Assembly: GCA_000004695.1 (NCBI GenBank)
Contig: CM000151.3
Span: forward strand, 1,888,001-1,952,000
Direction of reading: 5' to 3'
Source of the DNA: Dictyostelium discoideum
Lineage: Eukaryota
Length of the DNA: 64,000 nt
Made by a program: the position numbers and the translations under genes. Positions within the stretch are counted from its first letter, which is position 1; every line of letters starts with the position of its first letter. Under the pieces are notes generated by a model that saw only the letters and a list, made by a program, of their open reading frames with translations, did no database searches and was not told where the DNA came from. This document shows, in pieces, positions 12,962 through 23,543 of this stretch.

Positions 12962-12965
<4 letters not shown>
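11910..12965 (-). CDS. Paralogue A: 351-aa helical protein with a central ~55-aa Gly/Ala/Ser-rich hydrophobic hairpin (GVISGFLGIGSVTAIGATEAVGVTSLIAVGATSLSVVAPICAPVLLTFGCLVGAFISFY) flanked by coiled-coil-like helical regions
   Basis: Intact ORF. Architecture: about 190 aa helical, 2 predicted TM helices with GxxxG/Gly-zipper spacing, about 105 aa helical. Same domain order as the divergent gene at 13589..14665. Confidence 0.6.

Positions 12966-13047
<82 letters not shown>
12966..13047. repeat. Uninterrupted poly(dT) tract of about 82 nt on the + strand (poly(dA) on the coding strand of paralogue A), abutting its ATG
   Basis: Read directly from lines 12961-13047. Confidence 0.9.
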
Positions 13048-13119
13048 TTGTTTATATAGTTATAATTTTTTATTTTTGAAAATTATAATTTAATTGTTTT
13101 GGTTGTTTGTATAGCAAAA

Positions 13120-13152
<33 letters not shown>

Positions 13153-13588
13153 TAAAAATTAATAAAAATAATTCAACACAATTTTGAGGAAAATTTATTT
13201 TTTGTAAAATACATTGACCTACCAAAATACCCAAAAAATAAATTGATGAGTTAAAAATAAAATTTTACCCACATATTCAAAATAAATAAATAAATATATT
13301 GTATGTTTTGTAAAATCCAACCAATAAAAAACATTTGCTAAGCAGAATACACAAAGTAAAAAAATAATTTGATAAGTTAAAAATAAAAATTCACCCACAT
13401 GCATTGTATTTTTTTTTTCAAGGCAAAATAACTTATTATTTTAAGAAATTTATAAATTTTACATTTATGTTATAATTGTTTTTGTTTTTATTTTTAATTT
13501 TATTTTTATTTTTTAATTTTTACATATTTTCATTAATATATTAATATAAAAATATATTTTTATAACAAGTAATTTCCTTTTTTATAAA

Positions 13589-14665
13589 ATGGGAAATAAA
13601 AATTCATTGGAACAAAGTGATGGTGCTGGTGATGGTGCTTGTGATTTAATTCCAGACTTTAAAGAATTTGACAAAGATGAAGAATTTGTAAATGTTGTTA
13701 AAAATTTTTTAATAGTTTGTGAAAAAATAATGAAAAAAGAAAATAAAAACTTTTTGGAGAATCAAAATGAATTAATAAAATTAATTTCAAAAACAATCAA
13801 ACAAAGTAAATATTTTGGGGAAATTTCATCAAATATTTCCAAAAATTTAATTAATATAAGAGAAAATTATCTATTGGTTGCCAAAAATCAAATAAATTCT
13901 TCAACAAATAAAGTAGTTAAAGCATTGGAATTAAAAATTGATATTGGAAAAGTGGTGAAAATGGTTAATGTTGGTAAAGATCTCAAAATTGGAGTGCCAA
14001 AATTAAAAGAGATACAATCACAATTAAAAAATTTTACTGAAAGAATTAATTCTCAAAAAGATAATTTATTTTATAAAAAATTAATTAAATTTTTTAAGTT
14101 ACAAGGCAAAATAGATGATAAAAAAAAACCTATTAGTTTATTTGTAGTTGGTGTTTGTAGTGTCCCAGCTGGAGTTATTACTGCGTCCGTTGTTATTACA
14201 ATAGGTTTGTCTGCCTTTCCATTTACAATTCCGGTTTCTGTTTTTATATTAGGCTGTGCAACAACACTAATTTGTTTAATAAATAAATCAATCAACACTG
14301 GTAGAATATATGATCAGTTCATTGAAACAATTAGTTTTATTTCAAGTCAACTAGAAGCTTTCATTTCTCATCTTTCGATTTGTGCAAATGATTTTTGTAA
14401 TGGCTTAACAAAAAGTCTTGAACTGCTAGAAAAATCGGATGACAAGGTTGTTTCAATTGAGCATGTGGATGCAAACATAAAAATAGTTGATAATATATTA
14501 AAAAAAATTCAAACAATTCAAACTCTTTCAAAACAATTGGAATCATATGAAGAATGTTTAAATGTTAAAGGTACAGGATGGAATTTCATGAGATCAATTG
14601 GATTTTCATCTCAATCACAATCCTCGTCACCAACTTCATCATCACAATCTATGGTTAAAAAATAG
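13589..14665 (+). CDS. Paralogue B: 358-aa helical protein with a central hydrophobic hairpin (LFVVGVCSVPAGVITASVVITIGLSAFPFTIPVSVFILGCATTLICLI). Starts MGNKNS, an N-myristoylation consensus
   Basis: Intact ORF. Domain order is helical, TM hairpin, helical, as in paralogue A. The two genes are divergent and 623 bp apart. Confidence 0.6.
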   Translation: MGNKNSLEQSDGAGDGACDLIPDFKEFDKDEEFVNVVKNFLIVCEKIMKKENKNFLENQNELIKLISKTIKQSKYFGEISSNISKNLINIRENYLLVAKNQINSSTNKVVKALELKIDIGKVVKMVNVGKDLKIGVPKLKEIQSQLKNFTERINSQKDNLFYKKLIKFFKLQGKIDDKKKPISLFVVGVCSVPAGVITASVVITIGLSAFPFTIPVSVFILGCATTLICLINKSINTGRIYDQFIETISFISSQLEAFISHLSICANDFCNGLTKSLELLEKSDDKVVSIEHVDANIKIVDNILKKIQTIQTLSKQLESYEECLNVKGTGWNFMRSIGFSSQSQSSSPTSSSQSMVKK

Positions 14666-14749
14666 TATTATCACACCAAACAACTCCAATTATAAAATTT
14701 TAATAATAATTCTCTTGAAAATAATAGAAATAATAATAATAATAAATAA

Positions 14750-14786
<37 letters not shown>

Positions 14787-14879
14787 AATAAATTCTTATT
14801 GTTTAATTTTTATTTAAATCTAATTAACTTTTGAAATTACAATTTCGCAAATTTTATTAATATCTCTGATAAAACTTTT

Positions 14880-15950
14880 AATTTACTTTGAAAATGTAAA
14901 ATATTGGATTTGAAGATGAGATTGAGGATTCATTATTACTTATACAGCTGTGTCATTTGTATGGGGATTATTTCTTTTGGTTGAATCAGCAAAATTTAAA
15001 TGTTGACCAAATATAAATTTACCACCTAATCTTCCATAGGATGCTAAAATTCATAATGGTTATCTTTCTTCAATACCCAACCAACGACGACGACGACGAC
15101 GATGACAATGATTGGGTTGTATAATTTTGTTGTTTACTAATTAATTGAAATTGTGACCATAGGTCTTCTTGATAAGATTTACCACCAGTGATGATAAAAT
15201 TTGCTCTAAAATTATGTTTGCTAACCCAATTCCAATCAGAAGGTACACTATCAGGGTTATCATTTATAATTCTCTTTTTTAAATCTTACTCTCCCTTCAT
15301 TAATTAAAAGATATGGTGGTTCATTTGGAAATGAAATTTCATTCGATGAGCCAACTTTTAATTCTCTATGTGATTCTAGTGATTTTCTAACCCAATAACA
15401 TCTTTACCTATAGATTGATATAACCATTCACTAATATTATCAATATTACCACTACCACCACTACTACCACTAGTATTTGAGAAATCTTAATCGCCATATA
15501 ATAAACCATCAACTTTATCACCACAAACTTGAATTTGATCAAAAGCAAATATTGGATAATAAGATAATGGTATTGATAAAAATTTCACCTCTGGTGCAGT
15601 TAAAATTAATTTATCATTAATTAAATCGATTTCAGGTTTGAATCAATACTAAAATTGGTAACTTTTTTTGATTTATATAATTGCCTACCTGTGAATCCTT
15701 GGCACCAAAATTTTCTTACATTAAATAAATCTGTAATTTGTTAGTGATTTCAATTTTATACAAACACTTTGATTATAGTCTCTACAATTCATTCCAAAAT
15801 AACCATTTCCTCTATAGTATCTTGATGAATTCTACCATACATTTTTAAATTATCAATTAATTTATAATTTATTTCAATTTCATTATTATAGTTGTCATCT
15901 TCATTTTCTTTAATTTATGGTAATAGAAATTGAATATGAAATAAATTTAA
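14880..15950 (-). pseudogene. Decayed protein-coding remnant. Non-low-complexity, coding-like sequence with frame changes and stops, and no ORF of 60 aa or more
   Basis: Minus-strand translation gives protein-like stretches ([40 protein letters not shown]; [56 protein letters not shown]). These are interrupted by TAA/TAG/TGA and frame switches. No AT-rich GTAAGT...AG introns separate the blocks. Composition is less AT-rich than the flanking intergenic DNA. Confidence 0.35.
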
Positions 15951-16182
15951 AATTTATATTAGAATTCTATAGTAATTTATTAGAATGAATCCATTAACAT
16001 TATTTATATAATAATAGAATAACAATCAGAAAAAGTTTAACTAAATATTTTTTATTTTTTATTTTTTTTTTTTTTATTTTTTTTTTTTTTTCACCTTTTT
16101 TTTTTTTTTTTTTTTTTTTTTTCAGTATCAATGCCCGTGTGTTTATAATAACACAGTCAATAATAAAAAAAAGGCAACAAAA

Positions 16183-16375
16183 ATGAATATACCAAATTTT
16201 ATAATACCGTGTGAAGATTTAATAAATAAACTAATTGATATGTCAGCAGTTCCACTTGGCACATTACCACCAACAGTTTCATTAAAAACTGAAATTTTCA
16301 ATGGTATCTCAAAATTGGAAAATGTTATTATTCAATATGTAAATGAAATCTTAATTGAATTTCCTTTATTAAATG

Positions 16376-16442
<67 letters not shown>

Positions 16443-17965
16443 ATAGATAGATAAAAAAAAAAGAAACACACATATTAAAATATTTACTTTTTTTTTTTTT
16501 TTTTATTATTATTTTTTATTTTTTTTGCTAGGAATTAGAACCATATATATTAGAACAAGTTGAAATTTTAATTGATAGATCAAAATATTTTTATAGTTTA
16601 GGAGAAGTTAATAAAACAGCTAAAGATGTTGAATTCATTATAGATAATTATAATTTACTTTTTCAAAATACAACAGATCCAACTGTTTTAAAAAATTTAT
16701 TTAAATCAGTATTAGGTAGAGTTTGTTCAACACTTAGAAATAAATCAAAAGCAATAAATTATTTAAATCATTCAATTAAAGCATTTCATTCAATTCCAAT
16801 CGTTCAAGATTATTTATCAACTTGTATTATACTTGGTGATAAAACTGATGATTTATTCTTTAGTATAATAATGGATGATAATAATAATAATAACTCATCA
16901 ATAACAATCAATAATAATAACAATAAAAATAAAAGTAATAATAAAAATAAAAAAGATAATTATAGTAAAAGATATATTAGAGAAGAAGATTTTAGATTTG
17001 ATACAGATTATGATGTTAGACATTCAGATGACGATGACGATGACGATGATGATGAAGATTATGAAGATGAAGATGAAGATGATGAATTTGAAGAGGATGA
17101 AATATTAAATGATGATGATTACTATTTTAAATCACAAGAAGCAATAATTAGATCATATAAATTTAATGACAATATTAATTATAGTTTAAAGAATGAAGAT
17201 TTTGATAACTGTGGTGATAATGATAGTGGTAATAATAATAATAACAATAATGCAACAACAACCTCTCCAACAGTAATTAAACCATTTAGTATTGGTACAA
17301 TTAATAAATTTCAAATAATTGAAACACCATCACTATCAACTGTAATAAAGAAATCAAATAATACTTTAATATTATTAGAGATGGTTAAAACATTATTAAA
17401 AAATATAAATGGATTAATATTGATTAATATTGATTTCAACGTTTCAACAATCGATGAAATTGAAGAACAAATCAATTATTTCATAACAGTAAAGCAATTC
17501 TTTTCAAATCAAATATTATTAATTTTTACAAATTGTAAATCTTCAAAAGATTCTGTTGATTTTATTGAATTCTTTAAAAAGAAACTATTATCTTCATCAT
17601 CAAATAATACCAATAATAATAATAATAATATTAATGTAGAAATACCACCAATTTTTATGTATGAACATCATGTTAATCAAATTAAAGAATATATGTAAGT
17701 TTATTTATTATTATTATATATCTTTTTTTTTTTTTTTTTAAAAAATATTTACTTACATTTTATTTATTTTTTTAGATTAAAATTTAAAAATTTCCCAGCT
17801 AGTCCATTTAAAAAGAATAATTTAAGTAATATGTTTAATGGATTAACAGTTGATCAACAAAATCAAATGGACAGATTACAACAAGAACAACAAAGAAAAC
17901 AACGATCACAAGAAATTGATTTTGATATTTTAGATAAAATTAATAAATTGGATTTAAATAAATAA
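16183..17965 (+). CDS. Hypothetical protein, about 512 aa, with a poly-Asn N-region and a D/E-rich acidic tract. Exons: join(16183..16374, 16532..17695, 17776..17965)
   Basis: Exon 1 ends LLN|GTAAAT. Intron 1 contains the (TAAA)n microsatellite. Exon 2 is open in the same frame from 16532 through the ORF-track ORF 16871..17698. Exon 2 ends at|GTAAGT. Exon 3 is in phase after tttttttag and ends LDKINKLDLNK*. No recognised domain. Confidence 0.55.
16375..16450. repeat. (TAAA)n microsatellite of about 17 units inside intron 1 of the gene above, decaying to (TAGA)2
   Basis: Read directly. Confidence 0.9.
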
Positions 17966-18037
17966 AAAAAAAAAAAAAAAAAAAAAAAAAGATTTAAGAA
18001 TTATTATTTAAAATTTTATTTAATTTCTTTTTTTATT

Positions 18038-18688
18038 TTACCATAACTCTAAACCTAAAGTTTTTCTTTGTAATTCATTTAGATGATCAATATTAATTTT
18101 ATTCTTTTCAATAGATTTTTTAATTGATTCTTGTCTTCTTACTAATGTTTCTTTTGGAATTTGATCTGAACCAAACATTTTTAAAAACATTGCCATTCTT
18201 GGACGATGATTATTATTTGGTGATGAACCATGTAAAAGTTTTTGATTAAAGAGAATCAAAGAACCATGTCTAGCAGTGACTCTAATAGCTCTACCATATA
18301 GTGGATTACCAGGTTCAATACAAACGAAATTACTATGATAACCATATTGTTCTTTAATTTGTGCATTATTTAATGTCCATTCTTTAATGTGTGAATGGAA
18401 ACCTGGTACCACAATGAATCCACCATCTTCTTTTTTATTATCACATAAATTAATTAATGCTTGAATGTTTGTTACATTTAAATCAATGAATTCAGGTTGA
18501 TTATTTTCAATAAAGAAATCTTCGCCATTCTTATAGGTTAATGTTGAAAATACTTTTTTTCTATTATTATCTTCTTCATCCTCTATAAATGTGAATGGAT
18601 TTAAATCTAAATGTAAATTTTCAACTGTTTTCCATTTATTAAAATTTGATTCAACTATTGCTGTTTTTGTTTTTTCTGTTGATGTTAC

Positions 18689-18727
<39 letters not shown>

Positions 18728-19179
18728 ATTATTTGTATTTATATCTGTGGTTGTTGATGTTGATTCTTCAATACCATTATTAAACTGATGATCAGGTGTA
18801 ATATTTGGAAATGGTAATTTACAATCTTTAGTTGGTCTAAAGAAACCAAATCTATCATGATTTATATATAAATCTTTACGATTTAATAATGTTGAATAAA
18901 TTGAATAAATCTTTGGATTGGATCTATTGGCAATTGTAGTTTCAGAGAAAACTGGTGGATATCCAACTATTCCCTCTTGTGATAAATTTGGCCATACACC
19001 TTCCCAAGTTTTTGGATCATTTCTCTTTATTGTTTTCTCTTCTGATTTCATTGAATCATGATATGATGCCCATTTAAATGATTCAATATAATTCCAAATA
19101 TCATCTATAGTTTTTTGACATTCTGATTTACTTAAAACATCTCTAATTACAACAAATCCAAATTTATTAAAAAACTAAT

Positions 19180-19211
<32 letters not shown>

Positions 19212-19405
19212 GTTAATTAGTAATAATTATATTATATATATAATTAAATATTACATACTTCTGTGTATTCTGTTTGTTGCTCAACACTAAATGATGTAAT
19301 ATAACCTTCTACATCTTTTTGAACATCATAAATTGGTGGTAAATAAAGTGAATTATCTTTATATTCAAATGTTTTTTTAGTTTTTGAGGTTGTTGTATTG
19401 TTCAT
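18038..19405 (-). CDS. Phytanoyl-CoA dioxygenase (PhyH)-like Fe(II)/2-oxoglutarate oxygenase, about 427 aa, with a 13-residue poly-Thr insert. Exons: complement join(19259..19405, 18038..19174)
   Basis: Exon 1 reads MNNTTTSKTKKTFEYKDNSLYLPPIYDVQKDVEGYITSFSVEQQTEYTE|GTATGT. Exon 2 starts after ttattag with FFNKFGFVVIRDVLSKSECQKTIDDIWNYIESF..., the typical PhyH N-region. The C-terminal signature is GSLILFNQKLLHGSSPN...R. FIVVPGFHSH supplies a His/acid metal ligand. Exon lengths are 147 and 1137 nt, both phase 0. Confidence 0.75.
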
Positions 19406-19749
19406 GTTTCACTGTATTGAGAAAAAAAAAAAAAATATAAAAATAAAAAAAAAAAAAAAAAATTAATAAATCTAATTTTAGGAAGTGGGAAATAAAAAAT
19501 AAAAAATAAAAAAATAAAAAAAAAAAAAAAAAAAAAAAAAAATAAAAAATTTCAAAGAACCACTTACAAATTATTGATATACGTTGGCCACATGTGGAAA
19601 TTATTATTAATCTAATTTTATTCTTATAAGAACATATCACTAAAAACATCTTCATATTGATCTTTTTCTTTTGAAACTTTTTTATTAACTACTTCTTGAC
19701 TTGCACTAATTTCATCATAATTTTCAATTGATTTCCTTTTCTTTTTTAA

Positions 19750-20490
19750 TTAATTATCATCATCTTCATCTTCATATTCTTCTTCTTCTTGATCTTTATA
19801 TTGATCTTCATCTTCATCTTCATCTTCACTATTATCATTTTTGTTTTTTTTTCTTTTTTTATTTTTATTTTTATTTTTATTTTTTTCATCTTTTAAAAAT
19901 TTTTTTAATTCTTTTTTCTTTTTTTTAATATTACTATAATTTAATAATTTTGAACATAATGGGCAAAGTACAACTTTAACTAATGCAACTTTATTTTCAT
20001 TTAATTCATTATATGAAAATGGTACTTCAAAACTTTTTAAATCATCCATTTTATTGTTATTGGTAGTAGTTGAGGAAGAGGTAGAAGAAGAAGATTCACA
20101 TTTTTTATTTGCACAAGTGAATTGACCACGACCCATAATCACTTCGGATTCAATTCTCCAACGTAGACCAATTTCACCACTTTTATATCTTGATAAATCA
20201 ATGATTGCATACTCTTTATATAATCTATCGTAATAAGTTTTTGCTAATTTCTCTTCCCATGTTAATTGATTAATATCTTCGTTTTCATTTTCATCCCTTA
20301 AGAATTGATGATTCTCTTTTAAAACTTGATAATCTGTTTTAAAATTTTTATATTTATCTTCTGTTTGTTGCTGATTCTTTTTATTATTTTTATTATTCTT
20401 TTGATTTAAATAATTTTCAATTAATTTCTTATGTCTTTCAACTGCATCTAATTTTTTTAATAATTCATATTGTTCTTTATTTATTTCCAT
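19750..20490 (-). CDS. FRA10AC1-family nuclear protein, 246 aa
   Basis: Core block YYDRLYKEYAIIDLSRYKSGEIGLRWRIESEVIMGRGQFTCANKKC matches the Fra10Ac1 domain (YDRLFKEYCIADLSRYKENKFGFRWRTEKEVISGKGQFVCGNKHC). The C-terminal K/E/D tail is typical. Confidence 0.7.
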   Translation of the reverse strand: MEINKEQYELLKKLDAVERHKKLIENYLNQKNNKNNKKNQQQTEDKYKNFKTDYQVLKENHQFLRDENENEDINQLTWEEKLAKTYYDRLYKEYAIIDLSRYKSGEIGLRWRIESEVIMGRGQFTCANKKCESSSSTSSSTTTNNNKMDDLKSFEVPFSYNELNENKVALVKVVLCPLCSKLLNYSNIKKKKKELKKFLKDEKNKNKNKNKKRKKNKNDNSEDEDEDEDQYKDQEEEEYEDEDDDN

Positions 20491-20715
20491 TATTAATTAT
20501 TACTATAAATTTATAGTAAATATATATGTATAATATATTAATTAAATACAAGTGTGTTCACACTCTGAGCGTGTGAAAATTTGGAAAATAGTTTTTTTTT
20601 TTTTTTTTTTTTTCATGATTTTTTAATTTTTTTTTTTTTATTTTTTTTTTTTTTTTTTTTAAATTTTATTTTAAATATTTTATTTTCAATTGACTAAAAT
20701 AGAAATAAACGAGAA
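20491..20715. promoter_or_regulatory. 225-bp divergent promoter between FRA10AC1 (-) and the AlaX-like gene (+), with a GC-containing inverted repeat ttcacac-N7-gtgtgaa at about 20547-20567
   Basis: Geometry and a palindrome read directly. Function is inferred. Confidence 0.3.
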
Positions 20716-21587
20716 ATGTCACAATCTAAAGCAAGAGATTCAACAACCGATTCAGCATGTCATGTATTAAAAGGTGCAATTGTTAAAGTTTTAGGTACAC
20801 CAATAACAATTTCAGTTGAATGTAATAATAAAGTTAAAGGTAGAATCTCTGTTGAATATGAACATCCAGAGAAACCAAGTCAAGAACTTATCAATAAAAT
20901 TGAAGAAGAAGCAAATTTAATCATTAAACAAAATTTAGAATTTAAAACTTTTAAAATTGATAAAAAAGAAGCTGAATCAAAATATAAATCAAATTTAGTA
21001 AATAATACATATATTTATGATAAATTCCCAGTACCAGAGTATGTTTTTTTTTTTTTTTTTTATGATAATAATTATTATTATAATAATAATTATTAATTTT
21101 TTTTTTTATTTTTTTATTTTTTATTTTTTTTTTTAAAAAAAAAAATAGATCAGTTACAGAATTATCATTAGTTGAATTAGAAAATTGGAATATAAATTGT
21201 TGTCCAGCTGTTCATTTAAAAACAACTGGTGAAATTGGTGGAATTAAGATTGCAGGTATTAATCATAGACCAGCAAAGAAAGAATTGGAATTTAGATTTG
21301 ATATTGTTGCTTCTGTTGTTTCAACAACAACAGCAAAACCAACTGGTAGAGGTGCTCCTAAAAAAGATGCTGCAGTTGTTAATGAAACATCTTTTGAAGG
21401 TTCAAATTTAAAAGATACAAATGTTCAATATCTTACTCAAAAAATCATTAAATTAGTTTTAGATTCAAAAGATTCAAAAGATAGTGAAAAAGAACAAACA
21501 ACATTAGAAATTGAACAATTATTAACAATTTTAAAAAATACATCATATACTAATGGTTCACAAAGTGTCATTATTTCAAGAAAATAG
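20716..21587 (+). CDS. AlaX-like alanyl-tRNA editing protein (tRNA-synthetase class II SAD / Aarsd1-like), about 254 aa. Exons: join(20716..21038, 21149..21587)
   Basis: Exon 1 has DSACHVLKGAIVKVLGTPITISVE, cf. the AlaRS editing motif HxAxHLL..A...LG. Exon 2 has the zinc-motif region NINCCPAVHLKTTGEIGGIKI, cf. CCGTHV...GEIG. The 110-bp intron runs GTATGT...AG and is in phase, joining ...PVPE to SVTELSL... Confidence 0.6.
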
Positions 21588-21662
21588 AAAATAAAATTAA
21601 AATTAAAATATATCTTTAAATTATTATTATTATTATTATTATTATTACTTTTTATTATTTTA

Positions 21663-22301
21663 TTATTCCCAATTTTTAAAAATTAATGATTTATAATTAT
21701 CATTATTTTTTAAATTTAAAAGGTTTATATTATTTTCACCATTTTCAAATTCTAATAAAATCTCTTTAAATACATTTACACTACCAATTTGTTTGAAATT
21801 CATTGATTTAAACATTTGGATTGATGGTTGGTTTGATTCACCAATTTTGACGATATATTTTTTAGTAATTGTTGATAGGTGTTCGATACCGTAACCCATG
21901 ATAATTGAAATGGCTTCCCTGGCAAGCCCTTTTCTTCTTGAGGTTGGTTCTGCTATCATAACTTCTAACTCTGCAGTACCCTCATCTTCATATTGGTTGA
22001 AAAAGATATTAACATCACCAATCATTGATTTTATATCATTTTCATTGGAATATCCATTTGAGTCTTTTTCATTCTCCAATAATAAATCTTTATCTAATAT
22101 AATAAATGTAATTTTATGGTCATCTTTAAACCAACTTTCTTGATTTTCAAATTCTTCTTCAATTGTTAATTCTTCCGATGCTGTTTGTTCCCTAATCTCT
22201 TCACTTTGCATCCATTTCCAATATTTTTCAACATGTTTTTTTTTATATGGTACTAATATTACTTTTTTACCAATTATAATTGTATTTGAATTAATTTTCA
22301 T
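21663..22301 (-). CDS. N-acetyltransferase 9 (NAT9)-like GNAT acetyltransferase, 212 aa
   Basis: IIIGKKVILVPYKKKHVEKYWKWMQSEEIREQTASEELTIEEEF, DVNIFF, ELEVMIAEPTSRRKGLAREAI, IGESNQPSIQMFKSMNFKQ align along the whole length with human NAT9 ([45 protein letters not shown]...IEVMIAEPSCRGKGLGTEAV...IGQGNEPSIRMFQKLHFEQ). Confidence 0.85.
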   Translation of the reverse strand: MKINSNTIIIGKKVILVPYKKKHVEKYWKWMQSEEIREQTASEELTIEEEFENQESWFKDDHKITFIILDKDLLLENEKDSNGYSNENDIKSMIGDVNIFFNQYEDEGTAELEVMIAEPTSRRKGLAREAISIIMGYGIEHLSTITKKYIVKIGESNQPSIQMFKSMNFKQIGSVNVFKEILLEFENGENNINLLNLKNNDNYKSLIFKNWE

Positions 22302-22315
22302 TTTTTAATAATCCA

Positions 22316-22355
<40 letters not shown>

Positions 22356-22510
22356 AATTTTATTTTTTTTTTATTTTTGTTTTAATTTTTGAGGAAAATT
22401 AACGAACGAAAAAAATGAAAAATAAAAAATAAGATATTTTCACACTTTTTTTTTTTTTCACTTTTTCATTAAGATAATTTATTTATAGAATATATATATT
22501 TTTTAATAAA

Positions 22511-23234
22511 ATGTCAGATAGTAGTGATGATGAAATAACTTTATCAAAAGAATCATTAAGTGCATTACAAGATTTTTATAAATCAAGAGAAGTTGAACAA
22601 CAAGATAAATTTGAAATTAGTGAAGATTGGCAATTATCACAATTTTGGTATGAAGAAGAAACTTCAAAATTCGTTGCAAATGTAATTGAACAAGAAACTA
22701 TTGGTGGTAATGTCGTAGTTTGTTTATCAACTCCTTCAATTTATAAAGTTTTACATGTATGATATCATATATTATAAAATAAAAACAAAACATATGTTAC
22801 AAAATTATTAATACATTTATAAAAAAAAAAAAAAAAATAATTAGAAAAATAATAATTTATTATTAAATAATAATTTATTTGAATATGATAAAAGATTTGA
22901 TGTATATGGTGAAAAATTCCATTTTTATGATTATAATAATCCAGAAGATGGTATTTCAGAACAATTAAAAGGAAATGTTGATTATATTTGTTTAGATCCA
23001 CCATTTTTAAGTGAAGAATGTATTGAAAAGGTTGCAAAAACAATTGCATTATTAAGAAAACCAACAACTCGTTTATTATTATTAACTGGTCGTATTCAAT
23101 GGAATAATATTCAAAAATATTTACCAGAAATGATGATTTGTGAATTTGAACCAAAACATCCAAGATTACAAAATGATTTCTTTTGTTGTTCAAATTATCA
23201 TTCAAAATTACTTGGTTTAGAAAATAAAAAATAA
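22511..23234 (+). CDS. EEF1A lysine methyltransferase 1 (N6AMT2/EFM5 family), about 212 aa. Exons: join(22511..22756, 22845..23234)
   Basis: ALQDFY, DWQLSQFWYEEET, CLSTPSIY in exon 1. LFEYDKRFDVYGEKFHFYDYNNP, the SAM-MTase motif CLDPPFLSEECIEK and ILLLTG in exon 2. These match human EEF1AKMT1 (NWQLSQFWY...IFEYDKRFAMYGEEFIFYDYNNP...ADPPYLSEECL). The 88-bp intron runs GTATGA...AG. The antisense ORF 22765..23205 is spurious. Confidence 0.8.
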
Positions 23235-23543
23235 AAAAAAAAAAAATAAAAACATATAGTATAATAAATTCTGATTTTCTTTATTTTTATTTTTATTTTT
23301 TAATCATTTTATCTTAAACTATTATTATCATTAAAAGAATGAACATCTTGATTATTACTAATAACTGATGGTGCTTCATTGAAAACACCAAATCAAATAC
23401 AATACCAACCAAGTTGAAAAATCAACTTCAATCAATAAAATTATAAAATAAATAAAATTAATTTTGAATAAACAATAAAAATATTTTATTTAGTTTTAAA
23501 TTCAATTATAATTGAATTTTTATTTTTTTTTTTTTTTATTTTT

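Noticed and set aside
13219-13404. 61-aa minus-strand ORF in the divergent promoter
   Set aside because: Spans the two ~40-bp direct repeats. Product is F/L/Y-rich junk. More plausibly a regulatory repeat than a CDS.
19377-19655. 92-aa poly-Phe ORF
   Set aside because: Lies in the 5' UTR/intron region of the PhyH-like gene. Poly-F comes from A-runs.
22765-23205. 146-aa minus ORF
   Set aside because: Antisense to exon 2 and the intron of the EFM5 methyltransferase gene, whose sense frame has strong homology.
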